Shown in pieces: positions 19,599 through 28,843 of a stretch of DNA of 64,000 nucleotides (position 1 is the first letter of the stretch; the number at the start of each line of letters is the position of its first letter). Position numbers and translations under genes: made by a program. The DNA is from a bacterium. Its GTDB lineage: Bacteria; UBA8248. The DNA lies in assembly GCA_965203325.1 (NCBI GenBank), contig OZ241875.1:192001-256000 (forward strand). The letters are read 5' to 3'. The notes under the pieces are model-generated. The model searched no databases. It was given only the letters and a program-made list of their open reading frames with translations, and was not told where the DNA came from.

Positions 19599-19937
19599 AA
19601 TGCCGACCTTTTATGAACAACTTATCTCCCATCCGCACACCATATGACCACGGATGCGCCGGCATCGCCGCTATTTCGCCGCAAAGGTCGCTTATTCGGG
19701 ACAAAACGAATACGGAAAGCGGGAAAAACGGCTTACAGGAGCTCGAAAAGGACTTGAGTATTCGGTTCAAGGAATTTCCCAACAGGCAGAATATGAAGGG
19801 CTGATTATGGCACGGAATGCGTCTTCCGGGATAGCTTCAGGCGCGATGAAACACACGAGCTATGAAACAACGAAATATGGTGGATTTGCTATGTGATGGG
19901 GAAATTTGAGGATTCGCCGTCTAACCCGCGTAATCCT

Positions 19938-20444
19938 TTAATGAAGCTGGCTTTCGGGAATGAATTGCATCTCGTCCAGGTTCTTGTCGACGACTTTTGG
20001 CCCCCGATACCCCGGAAAATTCTCGACGTAGGGACAATCTTCGGGAAGCCCTCCCATTTCGATGATTTCAGGCCCGATCGGCAGGCACAGCGGTTCTATA
20101 TCGAAGCGCTCGGCATATACGCGGCACCGGTTCGTTTCGAGGTCGAGTTGCGGACATGCGCTCGTCAATAAAAGCAGCCTGTCGTCCTCCCAAACCTTGT
20201 CGTAACAACACTTTCCGCAACCGGTGCACAGCGCCTCCCACTCGGGCGTACCGGTGGGTGGCAAGTTCTCATCCATCCACCTCTGGATTTCATCGAGGCG
20301 GCGTTCCCTCTTCGTCTTGTACATCGGGATGACTTGCGGGGCGTCCCGTTCGAGGCGCCTCTGCTCGGGCGTCTTCCAAATACGTCTGTCTTTCTTTCCC
20401 TTTCGGGGCTTCATCCGCTTTGTGGAATTGGCCTTTTGGGGCAT
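19938..20444 (-). CDS. YcgN/YkgJ-type cysteine-cluster protein
   Basis: EWEALCTGCGKCC, ACPQLD...CRVY..RF...C, LPEDCPY. Confidence 0.78.
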   Translation of the reverse strand: MPQKANSTKRMKPRKGKKDRRIWKTPEQRRLERDAPQVIPMYKTKRERRLDEIQRWMDENLPPTGTPEWEALCTGCGKCCYDKVWEDDRLLLLTSACPQLDLETNRCRVYAERFDIEPLCLPIGPEIIEMGGLPEDCPYVENFPGYRGPKVVDKNLDEMQFIPESQLH

Positions 20445-20448
20445 GAGA

Positions 20449-21231
20449 TCAACGATCCTGGAAATCGGCGGAGCGTTTTTCGATGAACGCGTTGAGGCCT
20501 TCCTGGGAGTCTTCCGTGCTGTACACCAGGCCGAACTTCTCCGTTTCGAGCCTTAAACCCTCATCGAGACCGCCCTCCAGGCCGCCGTGTACAGCCTGCA
20601 AAATCAACTCGATAGCGGGTTTGCTCTTGGACGCCAGCTTCTGCGCCAGCGCTCTGGCCTCATCCATCAGGGCGTCCGGCTCGCAGACCTTGTTCACGAG
20701 GCCGATGCGGTGGGCTTCTTCGGCGTTCACCGGGTCGCCCGTCATGAGAATTTCCAGCGCACGCCCCGTCCCGACGAGGCGGGTGAGGCGCTGGGTACCG
20801 CCGTAGCCGGGGATGATGCCCAGGTTGATCTCCGGCTGGCCGAAGAGCGCGTTCGTGGACGCCAGCCTGATCGAGCACGCCATCGCCACCTCGCACCCGC
20901 CGCCCAGGGCGAACCCGTTCACCGCCGCAATCGAAGGTTTTCCAATGGTTTCCAGCTCTCTCAGGATTTTCGTGCCATGCTCGGAAAGCCACCGCGCACT
21001 CAAGGGAGGGCGCCCCACCATACCCTTGATGTCCGCACCAGCGATGAAAGCGCGATCGCCCGAACCCGTTAATATCAATACTTTCATACTGTTATCATCT
21101 TTGAACGCAGATACCACGTGAGCGAGCTCATCCATCGTCTCTGTATTCAGGGCGTTTAGCGCCTTGGGACGATTGAACGTGCAGATGGCGACCGGACCAT
21201 CGGTTTCATATATCAAGTTGTTATAACTCAA
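20449..21231 (-). CDS. Enoyl-CoA hydratase (crotonase)
   Basis: RPKALNALN, FIAGADI, AVNGFALGGGCE, FGQPEINLGIIPGYGGTQRL. Confidence 0.93.
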   Translation of the reverse strand: MSYNNLIYETDGPVAICTFNRPKALNALNTETMDELAHVVSAFKDDNSMKVLILTGSGDRAFIAGADIKGMVGRPPLSARWLSEHGTKILRELETIGKPSIAAVNGFALGGGCEVAMACSIRLASTNALFGQPEINLGIIPGYGGTQRLTRLVGTGRALEILMTGDPVNAEEAHRIGLVNKVCEPDALMDEARALAQKLASKSKPAIELILQAVHGGLEGGLDEGLRLETEKFGLVYSTEDSQEGLNAFIEKRSADFQDR

Positions 21232-21326
21232 TGACTTACCATCCTATTCTTGAAGTCTGGGGTGATCAGGACAAATTTACCGGAAAACCCCGTGAATTTA
21301 TCTGAATTCATCTTATTTTTCAGATT

Positions 21327-21431
21327 TTACTCCCCATACGCCTCGACGATGACCGACAGCCCCATGCCGCCGCCGATGCAGGCTCCGGCCAAGCCGTACT
21401 TCCCGCCCCGGCGCCTGAGCTCGCGCAGCAT
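21327..21431 (-). repeat. Duplicated 3' end of the thiolase gene (direct repeat of 22324-22428)
   Basis: Manual alignment gives 97/105 identical nt; encodes (M)LRELRRRGGKYGLAGACIGGGMGLSVIVEAYGE*. Confidence 0.92.
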
Positions 21432-21484
21432 AGAACGGATTCAGGGCACTTTACCGGATGCAGGGTGGCACAGCCGCCGGGTTC

Positions 21485-21580
21485 ACGCAAGATGCGTCTC
21501 TCTCCGTGGTAGCGTCAATGAAGCGCGGGCTCCTCATCAGGCGCATTGACGATCAGCCGGTCGATGGCCGCGCGGGCCAT
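21485..21580 (-). pseudogene. N-terminal remnant resembling a type III restriction (Res) subunit
   Basis: ATG coupled to the HEPN stop (TAATG); MARAAIDRLIVNAPDEEPALH*RY resembles the IDRLIINSPYEEP..HWRY N-termini of type III Res proteins, as recalled from memory. Confidence 0.45.
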
Positions 21581-21924
21581 TAGCGGCTCTCGGGAGGAAC
21601 CAACGGCTCCAATTGGGCGATCAGGACGGGCAAATCCTCCTGCACGATACGCCACACGATGCCAAGATTGACGTCGAAATAGGCGTGAACGATGCGGTTG
21701 CGAGTTCCCACGATCTCATGCCAGGGGATTGCGGGATGTGCCTCCTTTGTTTCGATGTCTAGGCGGGCGGCTGCTTCTCCAATGACCTCCAGCGCTTTGA
21801 AAACTGCATGTTGATGCAAATCGCTCTCTTCAAATTGCAGATAAGTGATATCGGCGGCGAACGCCACTGCTTTTCGCGCCGCTTCCAGCATGTCCAGCAG
21901 AAATGACGCTTCGTCACGCCGCAT
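21580..21924 (-). CDS. HEPN/DUF86 RNase toxin (HepT-like)
   Basis: LEVIGEAA, HPAIPW, RNRIVH (RX4H), VWRIV..DLP. Confidence 0.9.
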   Translation of the reverse strand: MRRDEASFLLDMLEAARKAVAFAADITYLQFEESDLHQHAVFKALEVIGEAAARLDIETKEAHPAIPWHEIVGTRNRIVHAYFDVNLGIVWRIVQEDLPVLIAQLEPLVPPESR

Positions 21925-22222
21925 AGACGACCTGCGCGGATTCGAGCACCGCTTTGCGCCGAATATAGTTCGGGCTTCGCTCCACGGCTTCCCGAGTCAC
22001 CAAGTCCACCTTGCGGCCGAACAACTCTTCCAGTTCGTCGGCCATGGTGACGAAAGCGAGACCCGGCGTGCGGCCCGGCGCGAACTCGACCATGACGTCG
22101 ACGTCGCTCTTCTCGGTGAAATCGTCTCGAAGCACCGAACCGAACAGCGCGAACTCCGAAACGCCCCAGCGTTCGCAAAACGCCGCGATTTCTTCCTGCG
22201 GAACCGAAACGTTCGCGTTCAT
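21914..22222 (-). CDS. Minimal nucleotidyltransferase antitoxin (MntA-like)
   Basis: LFGSVLRDDFTEKSDVDV (GS..DxD), LEELFGRKVDLV; overlaps the HEPN gene. Confidence 0.9.
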   Translation of the reverse strand: MNANVSVPQEEIAAFCERWGVSEFALFGSVLRDDFTEKSDVDVMVEFAPGRTPGLAFVTMADELEELFGRKVDLVTREAVERSPNYIRRKAVLESAQVVYAA

Positions 22223-22323
22223 GCTTCTATTCCCCATTCACGGCTCGCGCGGATTTTCGGACATCCAGTTCGGCGGCTGCTCTTCACGCGCCGAGCGTCC
22301 GAGACGCTCCGAAATTTCCTGCC

Positions 22324-23514
22324 CTACCCCCCGTACGCCTCGACGATGACGGACAGCCCCATGCCGCCGCCGATGCAGGCTCCGGCCAAGCCGTACTTGC
22401 CGCCCCGGCGCCTGAGTTCGTGCAGAATGGTGAGAGTGAGCCGCGCGCCGCTCGCGCCCACGGGGTGGCCGATGGCGATGGCGCCCCCGTTCACGTTCGT
22501 CTTCTCGCGGTCGAGGCCGAGTTCCTTTTCCACCGCGAGATACTGTGCGGAGAACGCCTCGTTGATCTCGATCAAGTCCATGTCGTCGAGCTGGAGGCCC
22601 GCCTTTTTGAGGGCGATGCGGCTGCTCTCCGCAGGGCCGATGCCCATGATCTTGGGGTCGCACCCCGAGACGCCCCACGAGACGAGCCGCCCGATGGGTT
22701 TCCGGTCCAGGCGTTCGGCCGCCGCTCTCGAAGATATGACCAGCGCCGCCGCCCCGTCGTTGATGCCGCTCGCGTTGCCCGCCGTCACCACGCCCTCTTC
22801 CTTGAACACGGGCCGGAGCCGCGCGAGCGATTCCTCGTTCGAATCCGCCCGGGGGTGCTCGTCGCGATCGAAGGTGATCGTCTTTCTCCGCTCTTTCACC
22901 TCGACGGCGAAGCATTCCTCCGCCAGCCGTCCGCTCTCCCACGCGTCGTGCGCGCGCGCCTGCGAGAGCGCGGCGAACTCATCCACCCCTTCCCGGTGCA
23001 GGTCGTATTTATCGGCTAAATTCTCCGCCGTGATGCCCATCGGCACGTTCGCCATCGTATCGGTGAGCGCCGTGTAGAGGCCGTCCTCCATCGGGGCCTG
23101 AAACAGCTTCATGCCGGTCCTCGAGTTTCTGATGACGTGCGGCGTCAGGCTCATGTTCTCAGCACCCACGGCGAGCACGACGTCGGCGTCCTCTGTCATT
23201 ATCTCCTTCGCTCCGCTCACCACCGCCTGGAAACCCGAGGCGCACATGCGGTTCACGCAGTAGCCGGGCCGCTCCAGCGGAACGCCAGCCGCAAGTGCGA
23301 CGTGCCTGCCGATGTAGACGCCGTCCGAGTTCGACTGGATGACGTTGCCCACCACGGTGTGGTCGATATCTTCCGGCGCGACGCCCGAGCGCGTCATCGC
23401 CTCTTTCGCCGCCAGCGCGCCCAGCTCCGTGGCCGACATCTCCTTCAAGGTTCCCAGAAAACCGCCGAACGGCGTCCGCGCACCGCCCAGAAAAACGACG
23501 TCTTTATCCGACAT
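22324..23514 (-). CDS. Thiolase (acetyl-CoA C-acyltransferase)
   Basis: RTPFG, VNRMCASG, TAGNASGINDGAA, EINEAF, NVNGGAIAIGHPVGASG, CIGGGMG. Confidence 0.95.
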   Translation of the reverse strand: MSDKDVVFLGGARTPFGGFLGTLKEMSATELGALAAKEAMTRSGVAPEDIDHTVVGNVIQSNSDGVYIGRHVALAAGVPLERPGYCVNRMCASGFQAVVSGAKEIMTEDADVVLAVGAENMSLTPHVIRNSRTGMKLFQAPMEDGLYTALTDTMANVPMGITAENLADKYDLHREGVDEFAALSQARAHDAWESGRLAEECFAVEVKERRKTITFDRDEHPRADSNEESLARLRPVFKEEGVVTAGNASGINDGAAALVISSRAAAERLDRKPIGRLVSWGVSGCDPKIMGIGPAESSRIALKKAGLQLDDMDLIEINEAFSAQYLAVEKELGLDREKTNVNGGAIAIGHPVGASGARLTLTILHELRRRGGKYGLAGACIGGGMGLSVIVEAYGG

Positions 23515-23651
23515 TCCCCGATTCCTCCTGCTTCAGTGTAAGGAAAGAAAATTTCCGTTTTTGCCCTGCTTTATTGAGCCTCACCATAACGCCAAGGCGA
23601 AGCGATGCGCAAGGGGAGTTGATGCGGGAGGTGATGGAGGGATTGTCTCCG

Positions 23652-23755
23652 CTAGACCAGTTGCTCTTCCGGCACCCTGAACACGCCTTTGATGCTGGAG
23701 GTGTTGCAGACGCATATCTGGATGTGTGTTTTCGCGCGGAAGCCAGCTCCTTTAT
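23652..23755 (-). pseudogene. C-terminal fragment of a conserved hypothetical (ADP-ribosyltransferase-like) protein
   Basis: KGAGFRAKTHIQICVCNTSSIKGVFRVPEEQLV*; pairs with the N-terminal fragment at 24281-24340. Confidence 0.6.
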
Positions 23756-24233
23756 GGGGCGTTGAATAAGTCCCGATAAGCAGGGTTTGACCCGACCGCT
23801 AAAAGAGAAAGGTACACTCCCCCCTTGAGGGGGAGTCGAAGAGGCCGAGCCTTGGCGAAGACCGATTCGGTGGGGGGACATGCCACAGGAAAAAACTCCC
23901 CCCACCAGTTCGCTTGCGGGCTTGCGCCCTTAGCTCACTGTCTGGCTTTCCCCTCGGGAAGCCAGACCCTCAAGGGGGGAGTTGATTTGAAATTCTTCTC
24001 AGAGGGGGCGGCCACGGGGGGCCGCCCCTACGGGTGAATGCGGTTTTGATCGTCATTCCGGCGAAAGCCGGAATCCATTTGCGGGTGCGGGTGAATGAAC
24101 GGCGGCGTTTCATTTCCCGCCGATGCGCAGGAACCCTAATAAAAGGCAAAAGGCGTAAAAATGGATTCCGGCTTTCGCCGGAATGACGGCGGTGGTCAAT
24201 TCCGGGCAAGGAGGGATTTTTTCAACAACCTCC
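23756..24233. mobile_element. Composite MITE-like element with nested palindromic repeats
   Basis: Imperfect inverted ends ggggcgttgaataagtccc / gggattttttcaacaacctcc. Inside: ACTCCCCCCTTGAGGG...CCCTCAAGGGGGGAGT (23816-23982), a REP-like palindrome ending CCCTAC (24003-24030), and a 30-bp inverted pair (24051-24188). Confidence 0.65.
24051..24188. repeat. Inverted pair of GTCATTCCGGCGAAAGCCGGAATCCA palindromic repeats
   Basis: 24051-24080 is the exact reverse complement of 24159-24188; a second pair lies at 47954-48167. Confidence 0.9.
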
Positions 24234-24280
24234 TCAAGGGAGGAATGGTTCTATTCTCATTCGTCGGTTGGTAATGCTGC

Positions 24281-24340
24281 TCAAAGACCAATTCCGCACC
24301 CGTGATATCCGAGCACGAAAGACGTCGCAAGACGGTGCAA
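24281..24340 (-). pseudogene. N-terminal fragment (MHRLATSFVLGYHGC) of the same hypothetical protein
   Basis: TTG 3 nt after the stop of the upstream small gene; similarity to the family ends after YHGC. Confidence 0.55.
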
Positions 24341-24343
24341 TTT

Positions 24344-24547
24344 CTACCTGTATCGTTTGGCGATGCGTCCGGTTGGTGTGTAGATCCCCAGCTTTTGCAA
24401 GGCTTTTTGTGCGGTTTCCTTCGTTTTCGTGACTTTCTTGAGATATGCCTCGCACGCCTTCTCGAATCTATCCGCGTCGGCGTGATTCAAAATTCCCGAA
24501 CGATACACGATCACTTTTTGTTCCGTCTTTTTCTTTTTCTTTCCCAT
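24344..24547 (-). CDS. Small basic hypothetical protein (possible antitoxin partner)
   Basis: 67 aa ending KETAQKALQKLGIYTPTGRIAKRYR; AT-richer than the flanks; translationally close to the fragmented gene. Confidence 0.6.
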   Translation of the reverse strand: MGKKKKKTEQKVIVYRSGILNHADADRFEKACEAYLKKVTKTKETAQKALQKLGIYTPTGRIAKRYR

Positions 24548-24706
24548 TCCGTCACCATTTCTTTCTTTGAGGTGAATACGCCAAGGCGGAAAGCAACCGT
24601 CCAGCATCCATTCGCGAGTCTCGATAGCTTTATTAAACCATTCGTTCAATTATCGAGGTTATACCCTATCTCGCAGCTTGTCAATTTTCATCTTGCCTGA
24701 ATCTTC

Positions 24707-25744
24707 CTACATCCACGAGAGCGGTGTCGCCTTGTCCCCCCGGAGTCTTCGGGCGGCGTCTTTGGCGAAATAAGTGAGGATGATGTCCGCCCCCGCGCGG
24801 CGGATGGAGGTGAGGGTTTCCATGAACGCGCGCTCGGGGTCGAGCCAACCGTTCCGGCACGCCGCGACCAGCATGGCGAACTCGCCCGAGACGTTGTAGG
24901 CCGCAACGGGCAGGTCCGTAATCTCGCGCGCCCTGGCGATTACGTCGAGATAGACGAGTGCGGGCTTCACCATCACGATGTCCGCCCCCTCCTCGATGTC
25001 GATCCTTATCTCGCGCATCGCCTCGCGCGCGTTGGCCGGGTCCATCTGGTAGGAACTCCTGTCGCCGAAGGCGGGCGCGCTCTCCGCCGCCTCGCGGAAG
25101 GGCCCGTAGAAGGCGCTCGCGAATTTCGACGAATAGGCCATGATGGGCGTCTGGGCGAAACCGCCTGCGTCCAGGGCCGCGCGAATCGTGCCGACCCGCC
25201 CATCCATCATGTCCGACGGGGCGATGATGTCCGCTCCCGCCTCCGCGTGGCTCACCGCCGTCCTGTCGAGGAGTTCGAGCGTGGGGTCGTTCAGAACCTT
25301 CTCGCCCTCGATGATGCCACAATGGCCGTGGTCCATGTATTCACACAGACACACGTCCGTGACGACGCAAAGATCGGGATAGGCCTCCTTCAAGGCGCGC
25401 ACGGCGTTCTGCACGACGCCCTCTTCCGCGTAGGCTTCGCTGGCCACGTCGTCCTTGTGATCCGGAATGCCGAACAAGATGACGCCGGGGATATCCAGAG
25501 CGACGATTTCCTCACAATCAGCCACCAGGCGGTCGATGGAAAGCTGGTATTGACCGGGCATCGAGGAAATTTCCTCTTTGATGTTCTCGCCCTCGACCAC
25601 GAACATCGGGTATATCAGGTTGTCCACGGAGAGATTCGTCTCGCGCACCATGCGCCGCATGGCGGCCGTCTCCCGCGTGCGTCTCGTGCGGTTTTTTACG
25701 TCGCTCCCGGTTGCCGAGAGGGTGAAGGTATCGTTGCTCGTCAT
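24707..25744 (-). CDS. hemB: Porphobilinogen synthase
   Basis: [14 protein letters not shown] (Zn site), [36 protein letters not shown]. Confidence 0.96.
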   Translation of the reverse strand: MTSNDTFTLSATGSDVKNRTRRTRETAAMRRMVRETNLSVDNLIYPMFVVEGENIKEEISSMPGQYQLSIDRLVADCEEIVALDIPGVILFGIPDHKDDVASEAYAEEGVVQNAVRALKEAYPDLCVVTDVCLCEYMDHGHCGIIEGEKVLNDPTLELLDRTAVSHAEAGADIIAPSDMMDGRVGTIRAALDAGGFAQTPIMAYSSKFASAFYGPFREAAESAPAFGDRSSYQMDPANAREAMREIRIDIEEGADIVMVKPALVYLDVIARAREITDLPVAAYNVSGEFAMLVAACRNGWLDPERAFMETLTSIRRAGADIILTYFAKDAARRLRGDKATPLSWM

Positions 25745-25761
25745 CGGGTTCTACTCCCTAT

Positions 25762-26601
25762 TCATGAGGCCTGTTCGCCTCGCTCCGGTTTTCCGTAATA
25801 AGAGACGATGGCCCTCGCCATGCCGGGAATCGTCGACTCGGCGGCCTCCACGTCCGGCTCGACGCCCCACCTGCGCGCCGTGGCTGTGGTCACAGGCCCG
25901 ATGGAGGCCACGCGCACGCGCTGTATCCATCGCCTCGCGTTTTCTTCTCCCGCCGCTCGCATGAAGCCATCGAGCGCGGAGGAACTCGTGAAGGTAAGCA
26001 TATCAATTTTTCCCGCTTCTAGCTCTCCCCATACCTCGCGCAGCGCCTCGCGCCCCAAAGGCGTCGTCCGGTAGACGGCCACGTCATCCACGACGGCCCC
26101 CATTTTCAGAAGCGCCTTGGGGATGGCGTCTCTCCCTTCTTTCGCGCGGGCCAGCAAAACGCGCTCACCAGTCATGTCCTCGCCCTTGAAGAGATCGACG
26201 ACGCCCTCGGCCACATATTTTCCGGCCACTTTTTGGGGCGTCCTTCCCAGATATTTCTCCACCGCAGCGGCCGTGGCGGGTCCGACGGCCAGAACCGTAG
26301 TTTCCGTGGGAATCGCCTCGGGAAGAACTCCCAAACTTCTGAGCCTTTTTGCCAAAAATTTCGGCCCGTTCGCGCTCGTGAAGATCATCCATTGATACGC
26401 ATCCAGCGCGCTGACCGCCGCATCGGCGGGCGCCCAATCTTGAGGAGCCGCTATCCGTATCATGGGCGCGAGACGCACGCAGGCGCCCAAGTCCGCCAGC
26501 ATCCCGCCCATGCGCGAGGCCCCCTCCTCGGGGCGCGTGACGAGGATTGTCTTGCCCGCAAGGGGATGCGCTTTCAAACCCGGTTGCTCGGCTTCACTCA
26601 T
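25762..26601 (-). CDS. hemD: Uroporphyrinogen-III synthase
   Basis: ILVTRP, IFTSANG, AVGPATA, VAVYRT, FTSSS, ASIGPVT. Start ATG 26601 overlaps the hemC stop. Confidence 0.92.
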   Translation of the reverse strand: MSEAEQPGLKAHPLAGKTILVTRPEEGASRMGGMLADLGACVRLAPMIRIAAPQDWAPADAAVSALDAYQWMIFTSANGPKFLAKRLRSLGVLPEAIPTETTVLAVGPATAAAVEKYLGRTPQKVAGKYVAEGVVDLFKGEDMTGERVLLARAKEGRDAIPKALLKMGAVVDDVAVYRTTPLGREALREVWGELEAGKIDMLTFTSSSALDGFMRAAGEENARRWIQRVRVASIGPVTTATARRWGVEPDVEAAESTIPGMARAIVSYYGKPERGEQAS

Positions 26602-27518
26602 CGCGCATCCCTCAAAATCTCCGCCCCGCCGCTTGCGAGAACATCTTCGGCCAAGTCTTCGGCCATACGCGCCGCGGCCTCGGGTGCACCGGTTCGTTCC
26701 TTCTCCACCATCCGCTCCCCGTCGACGCTCGCGAGGCGGGCTTTGATGCAGAACCCGTTCTTTCTGTTCTCCGCGAAGACGGCCAATGGCAACTGGCATC
26801 CTCCCTCCAGGCGCGCCATTACGACGCGCTCGGCCATCACGGCCCGTTTCGTCTCCGGGTGCTCCAGCCCTGCAACGAGCCGGCGTGTGGCCGCGTCATC
26901 CTCCCTCGTCTCGATGGCGAGCGCGCCCTGCCCGGCGGCGGGCAGCATGAGCTCGGGCGCGAGCGACTCCGTCGCCCGCTCCTCGAGTCCCAGGCGTTTC
27001 AAGCCCGCCAGGGCGAGGACAGCGGCTTCGACCTCGCCCGCCGCCACTTTTTCGAGGCGCGTATCCACGTTTCCGCGCAACTCCACGATTTCCAGCTCGC
27101 TCCGGTAGCGCCTTATCTGCGCGATACGCCTCAGGCTGCTCGTGCCGATTCTGCTGCCGGGCGCGAGGCCGCGAATCGACTCCCCGCCCCGCGAGACAAT
27201 AGCGTCCCAGGGTTCCTCCCTCTCGGGTATCGCGGCGAGGATGAGGCCTTCCGGCATTTCGCTCGGCAGGTCTTTCAAGCTATGGACGGCGGCGTCGATT
27301 TCGCCATGCAACAGGGCATCCTCGATCTCTTTCACGAAAAGGCCCTTTCCGCCCAATTCATGAATCGGGGAGCCGAGCATGGCGTCCCCCCGCGTGCGGA
27401 CGATAATTTCCTCGGCGCCGAGGCCCGGATTCAATTCCTTCAACCGCTCGGCCACCCCCGCCGTCTGCGCGCGCGCCAGCGCGCTGCCCCGGGAGCCTAA
27501 GCGCAGCCTGTCGCTCAT
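26598..27518 (-). CDS. hemC: Hydroxymethylbilane synthase
   Basis: GSRGSALARAQ, GGKGLFVKE, AVHSLKDLP, GTSSLRR, RGNVDTRL, LEGGCQLP. Confidence 0.96.
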   Translation of the reverse strand: MSDRLRLGSRGSALARAQTAGVAERLKELNPGLGAEEIIVRTRGDAMLGSPIHELGGKGLFVKEIEDALLHGEIDAAVHSLKDLPSEMPEGLILAAIPEREEPWDAIVSRGGESIRGLAPGSRIGTSSLRRIAQIRRYRSELEIVELRGNVDTRLEKVAAGEVEAAVLALAGLKRLGLEERATESLAPELMLPAAGQGALAIETREDDAATRRLVAGLEHPETKRAVMAERVVMARLEGGCQLPLAVFAENRKNGFCIKARLASVDGERMVEKERTGAPEAAARMAEDLAEDVLASGGAEILRDAR

Positions 27519-27520
27519 TT

Positions 27521-28831
27521 TCAGTCCCGGTCTTCCGTCGATGCTTCGGGGAGACCTTCATCGCTCTCTGGCTCCACGCCGAAGAGTTTCTGGACGGATT
27601 CGACCGAAATGCCCTCCACGTCTTCTTCCGACATCCGGCGCAGGACGGCGAAGGGGTGGTGGAGGAGTTTGTTGACGAGCGCCTTCGTCATGGCGTCGAG
27701 CGCATCGCGGCCCTCTTCGCCCAGTTCAGGCAGGCGGGAAAAAGTTTTTTGGACTTCCTCCTGCCGCATCGACTCCGCGAAAAAGCGTATGGCCGCGAAG
27801 GTGTGCCTGAGTTCCTCCGCCTGCTGCCGGGCGAGATAGGTCTGCACCTCGCTTTCGAGAATTTCGCGCGCGTCGCGGGCGATTTCCTCGCGGCCCCGCA
27901 GGTTGTCCGCCGCGACGGACTGCAGATCGTCCACGTCGTAGAGATAGGCGTCTTCCAGGTCGTTCACGTCGGGCGCGACGTTCCTGGGCACAGCGATGTC
28001 GATGAGGAAAACGGGCGCGTCGCGGCGTTGTTCGAGTGCAGAGGCGACTATCGGCTTGTCCAGTATGAAACCTTGTGCGGCCGTCGATGCGATGACGATA
28101 TCGGCGTCGATGAGCGCCCCTTCCAGATTGTCGAAGCTCACCGTGCTTCCTTTGAGTTTTGCGGCCAGTTCCTGGGCGCGCGCGAGCGTTCTGTTCGCCA
28201 CGTGGAGATTGTCGGCCCCGCTCGCCTTGAGATGCCGCGCCGCCGCCTCACCCATCTCCCCCGCCCCGAGCAGGAGCACGTTCTTGCCCGCCAGGGAGCC
28301 GAAAATTCTTTTCGCGAGATCCACGGCGACCGAACTCACCGACACGGGCGACTCGCCGATGGGAGTTTGTTCACGAATCTTCTTCGCCACGCGAAACGCG
28401 CGGGAGAAGAGGTTCGTGAGCGCCTTTCCGGCGTGGCCCGAGGCCTGGGCGACCCGGTAGGCCTCTTTCACCTGCCCCAGAATCTGCGGCTCGCCCACCA
28501 CCATGGAATCGAGGCTCGACGCCACGGTGAACAGGTGCCGGGTGGCCTCGGCCTCGCGGTGAACGTAGAGGTGCGCGTTCAGTTCATCGGCGCCGATGTC
28601 GCGCGATTCCAGGAAAAAGCGGTGAATCGCGTCGAGTCCCTGCTCGAAATCCTCGGCCGCGCTGTAGACTTCCACCCGGTTGCAGGTCGAGAGGATGATG
28701 CGTTCATCCAGCCCGCTGTAGCCCGCCAGCCGGTCGAGCCACTCGTCCATGTGGGTTTCGGGGAAATAGAGGCGCTCGCGAATGCTGAGCGGCGTGTTAT
28801 GGTGGCTCACGCCGGCGAGAATGATGGACAT
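27521..28831 (-). CDS. hemA: Glutamyl-tRNA reductase
   Basis: LSTCNRVE, SLDSMVVGEPQILGQVK, GAGEMG, IDIAVPRN. Confidence 0.96.
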   Translation of the reverse strand: MSIILAGVSHHNTPLSIRERLYFPETHMDEWLDRLAGYSGLDERIILSTCNRVEVYSAAEDFEQGLDAIHRFFLESRDIGADELNAHLYVHREAEATRHLFTVASSLDSMVVGEPQILGQVKEAYRVAQASGHAGKALTNLFSRAFRVAKKIREQTPIGESPVSVSSVAVDLAKRIFGSLAGKNVLLLGAGEMGEAAARHLKASGADNLHVANRTLARAQELAAKLKGSTVSFDNLEGALIDADIVIASTAAQGFILDKPIVASALEQRRDAPVFLIDIAVPRNVAPDVNDLEDAYLYDVDDLQSVAADNLRGREEIARDAREILESEVQTYLARQQAEELRHTFAAIRFFAESMRQEEVQKTFSRLPELGEEGRDALDAMTKALVNKLLHHPFAVLRRMSEEDVEGISVESVQKLFGVEPESDEGLPEASTEDRD

Positions 28832-28843
28832 TTTCCCGCTCCC

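Noticed and set aside
19806..19825. Sigma-54 promoter (TGGCACGG...)
   Set aside because: The -12 TTGC element is missing at the required spacing and no plus-strand gene follows.
21512..21520. TGA in the Res-like stub as recoding
   Set aside because: It corresponds to a Trp position in a short remnant that loses similarity soon after, which fits pseudogenisation.
23756..24233. CRISPR array in the repeat clusters (also 38084-38343 and 47704-48361)
   Set aside because: The repeats are inverted pairs of different families, not regularly spaced direct repeats with unique spacers, and no cas genes are present.
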